DNA of 64,000 nucleotides from Escherichia coli (GTDB lineage Bacteria; Pseudomonadota; Gammaproteobacteria; Enterobacterales; Enterobacteriaceae): NCBI RefSeq assembly GCF_044324785.1, contig NZ_CP172127.1; one strand, 5' to 3'. Shown piece by piece: positions 56,473 to 64,000 of this stretch (position 1 is its first letter; each line of letters starts with the position of its first letter). The notes under the pieces were generated by a model. It saw only the letters and a program-made list of their open reading frames with translations, ran no database searches and was not told where the DNA came from. The position numbers and the translations under genes were made by a program.

Positions 56473-58578
56473 TTATTGAGCTTCTTTTTGTGATGCCTGT
56501 GCGACTCTGGTGAGCGATTGTGTGACCGTACTGATCGCTCTGTCATATGCTGTGCTACCTTTTGGCGTATTTGCCAAACGTAACAAGGCATTTCGTATAA
56601 CAGGGCTTTCGTATGCCTTCGCGGCTCCGCCTACGGCACCAGCAGCAGGAACAACAAACGCAGCCGTTTTTAGCATCCCCGCTAATACTGCTGCGTTTAT
56701 GATGCCACCACCAACTAACAATCCATAAAGCTGCTGACCATTTAAGTTTTGAACGTTCGCTTTTGCCGCGTGTCTTGTATCGTTGAGGTATTTAATAACG
56801 CCGTCCAGTTCCTTTCCATGTACGCCTTTAAAGAAAGTTGCTGATTGCTTCCTGTTCCGGTGTAACGCATTAATAAACTTCTCAACACTGATATTTCCAG
56901 ACGGATCAGTCGCCTTATCTACAGCATTCTGAACTATGGCTGCTCGTGCGTTTTGCCTACCATTGTCATCCAGAAGCCTGTAAAGCTGAGAACGTTCTGA
57001 TGGGCTTTGGCTAAAAACGAGTTTTGTTACATCCTCAGGCGTGGCCTTGCCGCTGGCTATTGCCTTTTGAACGCGCGTTCTTCCCATCATGTCATTGAAT
57101 TTAGACCATGAGCGATCAACCCTTGCCATATTAATGGCTTCGTCTGCTCCAAGAGTTTTGGCTACGGCTTTTTTCATATCCGCCGTATATGCCTTGTAGA
57201 TAATATCGCTGGCTTTCTGGAGCGTATCTTTATCAACAGTGTCAGATGACGCCATAAATCGCTTTCGAAGATCGGTTCTGTTTTCCCTCGCCAGACGCAG
57301 GTCATTTGGTCCGCTGGTGATATCGTCTTTAAATTGCTGCAAGACTTTTACCGCGGCTCTATCCTGAGATTTGCCCGGGCGGCTTAACACGGCAATCTGA
57401 TTGTCGATAGCTTTTACCGTGTTTGAGAGATCGACAGGGGTATCCCCCATAGCGTCAATTATGCGGTTATATCGCTTTCCTGCTGCCTCAATGAATTTTT
57501 GTTGCCCTTTAGTCGCAGATTCATAAAGCTGTTTATCAGAAATGCCACCCAGACCATCGCTAAATGTTCTGACTAAATTTTCTCGTGCTTGTTGTTGATT
57601 CAGCCGATTCTTACCGGTTCCAAAAAAAGGAACTCTTTCGCCTAATGTCTGAGCCTGACTCTGCATAAAGGTTTTATCTTTCAGCATGTCACTGGTCATT
57701 AACGGCAGATTTCTTTCCGATGCAAAGTCGACAGCAGCCTTTGCTTCAGGCGACATATCACCACGAACAGCCCTCGAAACCGCACTTGCTGTATTTTCCA
57801 GCCCCTTACCAATACCACCAATGCCAGCAGAAATTACCGTTTGTAACGGATCAATATCTTCTCCACCAGCGAGGCTGGTGGCTCCCTGTAGTGCTAAATC
57901 TGTAGCTGCTGATTTCCCTATGGCCCCCAGCACCGTTCCGGCCCTGCCCGCTGGTGTAAACGCCAGCGCATTAGCCAGAAACGATGCCACGTCTTGCGGC
58001 GATAAACCCGGCTTGTTCAGAGCATAATCACCGGATGGCAAGGAAACGATAGTGTTACCCTTCTCATCCTGCCTTAATTTCGCTCCCATGCTCTGAAGAA
58101 TCTTTTCCTGAGATGCGTCAGAGCCGAAAAGTTGAGACCATCGAGCTTTTAGAGCATCCATGCTGAGTGAGGTTAACTCTGGGGCAAGGTCGACATTTTG
58201 CAGTCTCTCCATCTCTGGAGTCATTCGGCTTTCGCCTGTTATAGCATCGCGCATCGCAACCCCAAGGCTGGCTCCCTGTTCTGCTGAACGCTCAAGCCCC
58301 TCTCTTTGCTGAGTAGCTAACTTTGCATACCCTGACGCAAGAGAATTATCAGATGATGTATGTTGAATATTTTGAGTTGCTGATTGGGCTCGGTCTATTT
58401 CATTCGTTGATGGTAGTGGATAGGCAGCATAAAAAGCCTGCTTAGCCTGCTCTACACTTTCTCCGGCTTGCGGGGCAACGACTTCATTGAAGTATTGCTC
58501 CTGAGCCTGCGCTTTTTGTTCTGGTGCTAACGCCTGATACTGTGGAGAGGCGATAACATCTTTCCATGCTTTAGCCAT
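56473..58578 (-). CDS. phage internal/ejection protein-like (P22 gp16-like by size and position)
   Basis: 701 aa, Ala/Gln-rich; last gene of a 4-gene translationally coupled operon. Confidence 0.4.
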   Translation of the reverse strand: MAKAWKDVIASPQYQALAPEQKAQAQEQYFNEVVAPQAGESVEQAKQAFYAAYPLPSTNEIDRAQSATQNIQHTSSDNSLASGYAKLATQQREGLERSAEQGASLGVAMRDAITGESRMTPEMERLQNVDLAPELTSLSMDALKARWSQLFGSDASQEKILQSMGAKLRQDEKGNTIVSLPSGDYALNKPGLSPQDVASFLANALAFTPAGRAGTVLGAIGKSAATDLALQGATSLAGGEDIDPLQTVISAGIGGIGKGLENTASAVSRAVRGDMSPEAKAAVDFASERNLPLMTSDMLKDKTFMQSQAQTLGERVPFFGTGKNRLNQQQARENLVRTFSDGLGGISDKQLYESATKGQQKFIEAAGKRYNRIIDAMGDTPVDLSNTVKAIDNQIAVLSRPGKSQDRAAVKVLQQFKDDITSGPNDLRLARENRTDLRKRFMASSDTVDKDTLQKASDIIYKAYTADMKKAVAKTLGADEAINMARVDRSWSKFNDMMGRTRVQKAIASGKATPEDVTKLVFSQSPSERSQLYRLLDDNGRQNARAAIVQNAVDKATDPSGNISVEKFINALHRNRKQSATFFKGVHGKELDGVIKYLNDTRHAAKANVQNLNGQQLYGLLVGGGIINAAVLAGMLKTAAFVVPAAGAVGGAAKAYESPVIRNALLRLANTPKGSTAYDRAISTVTQSLTRVAQASQKEAQ

Positions 58579-59999
58579 TAATCACCCCATAGTGAAGAAA
58601 AGTTACTGCTGGCTGCTGGCTGTGATACCTGCTCAGATTGCGGCAATGTCTGCGACGAAGAAGAAGTTCCTCTGTCAACTGCTGAAATAACCCGCAAAGC
58701 ATCATAAGCTCGACCAGAAGCAGCTTTCAGCGAATTGAACTGGTTTTCCATCTTCCGGCGCTTGGTATCAATGGTTTTTGTGGAGTCGCCAGGCTGAGGG
58801 AAATACATTTGATAATATTTTGACATTTCAGCAGGTACGATAGCTGCCCCTGTTTCCTGACGGAGTATTGCCATTATTGCGTCATTAGCATTAACAACGT
58901 ATTGCTGCTCTGTTGGGCTGAGCGTTAAGTTAGCCAGCGTCCCATTACCCAAAGCATTATTAATGATCGCCACTCGCTGTGGGCTAAGCTGGTCTTTCAG
59001 TGTATCTATTGAATCAAGAGCATCCCTAACCCTGTATGCAAATCCAGCAGCTTTTTTAGCCCCTTCTGGCGACTTTTCCATGATCTTTTGGGCTGTTGGC
59101 AAAGCTATTGGACGAAACCCATCTCCAGATATTGGCTGGTTTAGTTTTCCCTGCTCTTCACTTCCGTCTGTGTAGTATTTTGTGACAGTGCCATCATCGT
59201 TTTCTCTAACACTCATTAATTTTTTGGCGTTTGTATTAATTCCAGCCGCTGCCGCAAATGCCGCCGCCCCCTCTGGATCCTCCTTTAACATTTGAGCGTA
59301 CTGATTGTAATTCTGCATTGCTGCTGTTGGTGCATATGCTGACGTTAACGCATTTGCTCGGCTAATATCCTGCCCTCTCGCCTGAAGTGCTTCGCCAGCC
59401 TGATTGCTGCGGATTGTTTCTGCCAACTTGCCACGCTCAATATCCCGACCTTCCATTTGATCTTTGATATCGAAATACTTCTCATGACCGAGAGAAAACA
59501 GTGCCATACTACCAGCAAGACGCTGGAATCCCTGTGGATCATTAACATGCATTTCGGCAACAGACTCAGGAGAAATTCCCAAGCGACGCATTTCATCTTC
59601 GTTATCTGCTATGAATTTTCCAAATGCCCCAGTTCCGAGCGAAGATGCGATTTGAGCACTAGTCGCAAGATGACCAATAGAATTTCTCTGGTCGTCATCA
59701 ATAAAGCCCATCCCTTTCTGAACGCTTTCAAATTCTTCTGGATACTCAGAAATAAGACTGCGCATTTTGTTTCTGTCTCCAGACTCAAAAGCCCCGGCAT
59801 ATGCTTTCTGAAACTCTGCTTTACGCTGTTGTTGACGTGCCTGCTGATTAATCTCAGCAACGCCTCTTAGCCCCTGTAGCGCCATTAAACCTACGTTTGG
59901 CGGCTGCTGATACTGCACAGGCTGAGGAACGGAAGAACGAGGAGCATTATCATTTTGCGGTGCCATGCTAGGCAGCCCGCCAAGTTGCCATGTCGCCAT
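58578..59999 (-). CDS. phage internal/ejection protein-like (P22 gp20-like by size and position)
   Basis: 473 aa; 1-bp overlaps with both neighbours. Confidence 0.4.
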   Translation of the reverse strand: MATWQLGGLPSMAPQNDNAPRSSVPQPVQYQQPPNVGLMALQGLRGVAEINQQARQQQRKAEFQKAYAGAFESGDRNKMRSLISEYPEEFESVQKGMGFIDDDQRNSIGHLATSAQIASSLGTGAFGKFIADNEDEMRRLGISPESVAEMHVNDPQGFQRLAGSMALFSLGHEKYFDIKDQMEGRDIERGKLAETIRSNQAGEALQARGQDISRANALTSAYAPTAAMQNYNQYAQMLKEDPEGAAAFAAAAGINTNAKKLMSVRENDDGTVTKYYTDGSEEQGKLNQPISGDGFRPIALPTAQKIMEKSPEGAKKAAGFAYRVRDALDSIDTLKDQLSPQRVAIINNALGNGTLANLTLSPTEQQYVVNANDAIMAILRQETGAAIVPAEMSKYYQMYFPQPGDSTKTIDTKRRKMENQFNSLKAASGRAYDALRVISAVDRGTSSSSQTLPQSEQVSQPAASSNFSSLWGD

Positions 60000-60676
60000 T
60001 AGAATCCAAGCCCCCCAACAAGACCAATAAGCCCACCACCAATAGCCCCGGCGACATTACCTATACCCGGAACAACGGAACCAAGTTGCGCACCCGCTAA
60101 AGCGCCTGATGCCGCCCCACCAATACCACGCGCAAGACTGGATGGCTGCTGCGCCTGACCTGCACGAATAGCGCCAAGCCCCTGCAAGAGTTGCCCGGTA
60201 TTATTGGCGTAGTTTTGCCCTGCTGTTGCCTGCCCTGATGCCGCATTCATCCCGACATTTAGCAGGTTTCCATAATTTTGCATTTGCCCACTAAGCCAAT
60301 TGTTATAAAGCATGGGCGCAATGGAAGATAACTGGTTACTGGTAGCTGTTGAGCCAAGCCCCCCGGTAGCTTCTGCTGAGACAAGGTTCTGATAACGGGC
60401 CTGATCTGCCTGTGTTTTATATAAACCAGAACCAAAGAAATCATTCGCGGCTTTATTCTGCCCTTCCAGAGTCATCAGTCCTTGTAGTTGTTGTAAAGCA
60501 GGCAATCCGACTTCTGCATACGGCTTGAGATTATTCATCACCGTATTCCACTGCTCGCGCTGCAAATCAATTGCCTGCTGCTGGGCCTTCGCCTGAGCTT
60601 TAGAGGCACCACCATCACCGCCTTTTTCGTATACGGCACGATTGAGATGTTTATGAGCTATATGGGTAATTAACAT
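59999..60676 (-). CDS. phage internal/ejection protein-like (P22 gp7-like) with C-terminal glycine-zipper segment
   Basis: 225 aa; N-terminal KGGDGGASKAQAKAQQQ; C-terminal GIGGAASGALAGAQLGSVVPGIGNVAGAIGGGLIGLVGGLGF. Confidence 0.4.
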   Translation of the reverse strand: MLITHIAHKHLNRAVYEKGGDGGASKAQAKAQQQAIDLQREQWNTVMNNLKPYAEVGLPALQQLQGLMTLEGQNKAANDFFGSGLYKTQADQARYQNLVSAEATGGLGSTATSNQLSSIAPMLYNNWLSGQMQNYGNLLNVGMNAASGQATAGQNYANNTGQLLQGLGAIRAGQAQQPSSLARGIGGAASGALAGAQLGSVVPGIGNVAGAIGGGLIGLVGGLGF

Positions 60677-61131
60677 TCGCTGAATTCCTTATATTGTTGC
60701 CGAGTTAACTGATAAAGCGTTACGCCGACGGGTTTACCACATCTGATATAAGCATCATCAAGGTGACCAACACGGGTAGCGCCAAGCAAACGGATAATTG
60801 CCCGTCCGTATTTCGTGGTGTCAGGAACCATAGTGATGCTGTTAAGGAATGGTGAGTTTTCGAGAAGCCATTTGCAGAATAATCGATGTCCTTGCAGTGC
60901 ATATTCACCACGGAATCCGGGGGCGTACACCGCATGGCATTCAACAACGCTATGCCAGAAGTTACGCACTTCATGAACGCCAGCCAGCACCAATCCTTCG
61001 TAGATGCCGAGATATACCGCATCAGGCTTGATGTAGTACGTGTGCCCCGGCTCAACAATATTTTCGGTATTGCCTGGCTCGTTAAGAAAGGCCTGTAATC
61101 GCACAGGGTTATCAATAAATTTTAGTTCCAT
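60670..61131 (-). CDS. hypothetical protein, first gene of the ejection-protein-like operon (gp14-like by position)
   Basis: 153 aa; 7-bp overlap with the downstream gene. Confidence 0.35.
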   Translation of the reverse strand: MELKFIDNPVRLQAFLNEPGNTENIVEPGHTYYIKPDAVYLGIYEGLVLAGVHEVRNFWHSVVECHAVYAPGFRGEYALQGHRLFCKWLLENSPFLNSITMVPDTTKYGRAIIRLLGATRVGHLDDAYIRCGKPVGVTLYQLTRQQYKEFSEC

Positions 61132-61146
61132 GCGATGCCATCCATT

Positions 61147-61309
61147 TTCACATACAGCCTGCCAGCGCCTTATCTATTAACCCTCGTGCAATTTCATGCA
61201 GAGTTGGCGCTACTCCAATTCCTGATTTTTTACGCTGCTCTTCCTGAATTTTCTTTATCGCTTCCATTTGCTTCTCACTTATCAATACCGGCTTTACTGA
61301 AATAGCCAT
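61147..61309 (-). CDS. small hypothetical protein (54 aa)
   Basis: Hand-translated: MAISVKPVLISEKQMEAIKKIQEEQRKKSGIGVAPTLHEIARGLIDKALAGCM; below the ORF-track length cutoff; ends 15 bp before the next gene. Confidence 0.25.
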
Positions 61310-61403
61310 AACGCCCCCTTAGAACTGTATAAAACAACAGTTATTATAGTTTCACAAATCGCAATATTCATCATAGCAATTGCAAAATATGAAACAAATA
61401 GCA

Positions 61404-61437
61404 CAAAAAAATGCCACCGCTCAGTAGCTGGTGGCAT
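61404..61437 (-). terminator. intrinsic terminator for leftward transcription
   Basis: Stem atgccacc / ggtggcat (61411-61418, 61430-61437) with 11-nt loop; a T-run follows on the minus strand (A-run 61405-61411 on plus). Confidence 0.45.
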
Positions 61438-61757
61438 CGTTCTGTGTGTCAGGTTTTGACAGGTTTTTTATGGACTCTAAAAACTATATTTATGGTGTCG
61501 CATTACTCTTCACGGCAGGCGCTTTTCAGTTCTGCCCTTGCTTCTGGCTCCATTGGTAATTTGATTCGCGATCAGCTATGCGGATGGTTTGCTGAACAGG
61601 CATAACAACTTCTCAGAGGCTGTTTTTTGAACTACGAAAATTTCGTAGTGCTCACTTTCAAAAACGTCACGCCCTTGTACACAGGATTTTACGAAAGTCT
61701 CGTAAAACACTCTCTGATGCCAGCCAGGTGTTGTGCGCATCAATTCAGTCACATTGT

Positions 61758-61868
61758 GTTGGTTCAAAATACCGTGTTGTTGGTTCAGTGTTGGTTCAAT
61801 AAAAAGAATAAAATCCTTATAAAACAATACACTTTACAAATTGAACCAACTGAACCAACTGAACCAAC
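61758..61868. repeat. iteron block B, mirror image of block A
   Basis: GTTGGTTCA at 61758, 61779, 61790; three contiguous TGAACCAAC at 61842, 61851, 61860; 61831-61869 is the exact reverse complement of 52003-52041. Confidence 0.75.
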
Positions 61869-61893
61869 ACCTTTTCTACGCACATGAAGAAGC

Positions 61894-64000
61894 TCATTCT
61901 TCAGATGAGTTATAATCTCCTGGCTGGTAATTGAGTACATAAACGTTTATTTGTCGTCCCTGAATACGTGGTGATTTTCTTTGGTATCCACGACCGCTGT
62001 TTGGTGGGGTTAGCATCCCGGCTTTTTTCAACACTTCAGCAAACTGTTTTGCGTTGAAACCACATGCGATCTCCTTTTCAAATGTGGCCGGGAATGTGTA
62101 GAAAATCATTGGGCTTTCGTCATGTTCTCCACGCTGACGGTATCCGGCTAAATCTTTGATGGGCAAATCTGCCGGGCTGTATGGAAATGGTGCAAAACGG
62201 CTAAGCCCATAGGCATTAAGAAATGCCTCCGTTTGTTCAATAATCTGCTGATGCTCTTTGTTACCTGTGCCGAACTCGCGCAACCATGCGTTATAGCTGT
62301 GCTGTATCGCATCACGGCATGTCTGAGCATCCCAGCCTGTTACAACCTCGCCTAACAACAATGCGGCCTCCAGAATGGCAAATCGCGCGGCTACACGGTG
62401 AACCTGCTCACCATAATCGGATGGGATCAGGCTTCTCCATCTGCTTTCGCAATCACGAACGGTTTTAATAGCCTGTTGCTGGTGGTGTGCCAGCCATTTA
62501 ATCCACTCACGCCCGGACGCGCCGTGGTGATGCTGGTAAGCGTCTTTCAGTGCGTCTGCGTGCTGTTTTCCGTTCTGGTAATCGTGAAAGCGTACTGCTT
62601 TACTCAACGGAATATTCAGCAGTCGCACCAGTTGCCCGGCTTTGGTTTTTCGCCCGGAAGTAGCGATAAATGTTTCTAAATCCATTTCTCCGGTGCTGAT
62701 TGCCACTGTACGCCAGCGTTTTAGATCCCGGTTTCCACCATCTTTAGCGCCTTGCAGTTTCCCTACACCGTTAAATAACGCATAGGCAGACTGTGAAACG
62801 CTGACAGGATCAGCGCCCTGACCAACTTCATCAAGCGGCATTAGTCCGTCATTGTGGGCGGCGGCCTCATTTGCCAGCCCCAGCGCGGTTCCGTACCACG
62901 TCAGCCGCAGTAAATCAGGGTTGCCGTATAAGCTGCTCGCCACGTTTGCCGTGGTGGTCTTACCTGCGCTCGACTGCTCATAGAAATGAATGCCGAACCC
63001 GTCAGCGCCCACCAGCCCAATCAATGGCGCTGCCAGTGCTGCGCCGATCCCGGTCATCATTGAATAGTTACCAAAGGCCAGACGCGCCACGTTATCACGC
63101 CAGCTTTTCGCGCTCCCTGAGACGGTATATCCGGCTGCGGCTGAGCTTCTCCCGCTGAACAGCACAGGATTTTCAGGTGTTCCGATGATTTCCCCATCAG
63201 GCATGATGTACGCTCCGCATTGCCAGCCAGTGGCATGAGCAACACGCCACAATTCACGAGAGCCACTGCGTTGTAGCCAGTCTGCCAGTATTGCTCTGAG
63301 GCTGCTTTTGGTCGTGACATTTACCCCACCAGCTTTAAGTGTGCGCCATCCTTCACGTTCACCAATATCAGCCAGTGGAATGGCAGCGGTTGTCGGCGTT
63401 TCAGAACCAAACGACAGCCAGCGAAGAATGAGATACTGGTCTTTATCGTCTCTGCCAGTACCGATAACGCTTAACGGAGAACATAACCAGCTTTCGTTAT
63501 TGATGATTTCTCCACTCTGGCTGTCAGCTCTCGGAGATACCCAATAAATACCATCCTCGCGGCTTTCTATTCTTGGTTTCAGTGGGTCGGTATCCATAAC
63601 CTTAAAATCGCTTCCCTCAATGGTCTGTGGCTCCTGTTTCACGCCATTACCCTGTGGTTGGTACATTGACTTATTGAACGCTTCTGTGGCGCATTTAATG
63701 CCGTGTTTTTGGTGGTAATCATTCCAGTCTGCTTTGTGATCTGTCGGGGGTAATGCCACCCATCCAGAAACAGATAAAGCTGCTTTTTCTGCTGCTATTC
63801 TCCCCGTGTTTTGTCTTCCTTCGCTGTGGTCGTTATCCGCAGCAATGATGATTTGTGCTGAAGGAAATTTATCCCGCAGTACCTGGGCGACATATAACAG
63901 GTTCCCGGCATCAATCGCAGCCACTGTCAGCGCCTCTGGACGAATTAAATGGGCAGATAATGCCGTTGCCAGACCTTCTGCGATTAAGATGCTCTGTGTT
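61894..64000 (-). CDS. primase-helicase (Toprim domain plus P-loop NTPase; P4-alpha/DUF927-like), 5' end outside window
   Basis: Toprim-like …IIIAADNDHSEGRQNTG…, Walker A …EQSSAGKTTTAN…; frame stays open from 63924 to the window edge. Confidence 0.75.
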   Translation of the reverse strand, partial: TQSILIAEGLATALSAHLIRPEALTVAAIDAGNLLYVAQVLRDKFPSAQIIIAADNDHSEGRQNTGRIAAEKAALSVSGWVALPPTDHKADWNDYHQKHGIKCATEAFNKSMYQPQGNGVKQEPQTIEGSDFKVMDTDPLKPRIESREDGIYWVSPRADSQSGEIINNESWLCSPLSVIGTGRDDKDQYLILRWLSFGSETPTTAAIPLADIGEREGWRTLKAGGVNVTTKSSLRAILADWLQRSGSRELWRVAHATGWQCGAYIMPDGEIIGTPENPVLFSGRSSAAAGYTVSGSAKSWRDNVARLAFGNYSMMTGIGAALAAPLIGLVGADGFGIHFYEQSSAGKTTTANVASSLYGNPDLLRLTWYGTALGLANEAAAHNDGLMPLDEVGQGADPVSVSQSAYALFNGVGKLQGAKDGGNRDLKRWRTVAISTGEMDLETFIATSGRKTKAGQLVRLLNIPLSKAVRFHDYQNGKQHADALKDAYQHHHGASGREWIKWLAHHQQQAIKTVRDCESRWRSLIPSDYGEQVHRVAARFAILEAALLLGEVVTGWDAQTCRDAIQHSYNAWLREFGTGNKEHQQIIEQTEAFLNAYGLSRFAPFPYSPADLPIKDLAGYRQRGEHDESPMIFYTFPATFEKEIACGFNAKQFAEVLKKAGMLTPPNSGRGYQRKSPRIQGRQINVYVLNYQPGDYNSSEE

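Noticed and set aside
61627..61887. 86-aa ORF ending in EPTEPTEPT
   Set aside because: The repetitive tail is simply the translation of the tandem TGAACCAAC iterons; treated as non-coding repeat DNA

Overview
64-kb enterobacterial window read in three parts. (1) 1-25,010: accessory DNA ending at tRNA-Sec (selC) with an adjacent P4-type integrase. It holds GC-rich xyloside/xylose genes (xynB, xynT, xylA, a LamB-type porin), a divergent pair of HNH-type nuclease genes, a cdiA fragment truncated at both ends, an IS66/IS3/IS911 graveyard, a PhoX-like phosphatase, ABC-permease remnants, an outer-membrane barrel protein gene with a GATC-clustered upstream region, a sulfatase-family (EptA-like) membrane protein and a TPR-like protein. 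(2) 25,010 to about 51,000: E. coli-type core (yicJ, yicI, a PTS/aldolase/ROK-kinase/lyxose-isomerase module, yicH, xanP, gltS, recG, trmH, spoT, rpoZ, gmk, ligB, yicG, and a truncated dinD-like gene with an intact LexA box). (3) About 51,000-64,000: a second mobile region with a PerC-like gene, two mirror-image iteron blocks bracketing about 9.7 kb of cargo, and a primase-helicase gene running off the window. The cargo carries an Arc/Mnt-like RHH gene, an ImmA/IrrE-type peptidase plus small membrane protein operon, IS2 with an AAAGG target duplication, an AT-rich membrane protein and four translationally coupled phage ejection-protein-like genes. Best candidates for undescribed biology: the peptidase-membrane protein cassette and the AT-rich membrane protein inside the iteron-bracketed cargo, the iteron architecture itself, the HNH nuclease pair at the window start, and the GATC-clustered promoter of the island OMP gene. 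Everything here comes from reading the sequence and the supplied ORF translations; no database search was run, and protein family names are recalled from memory.
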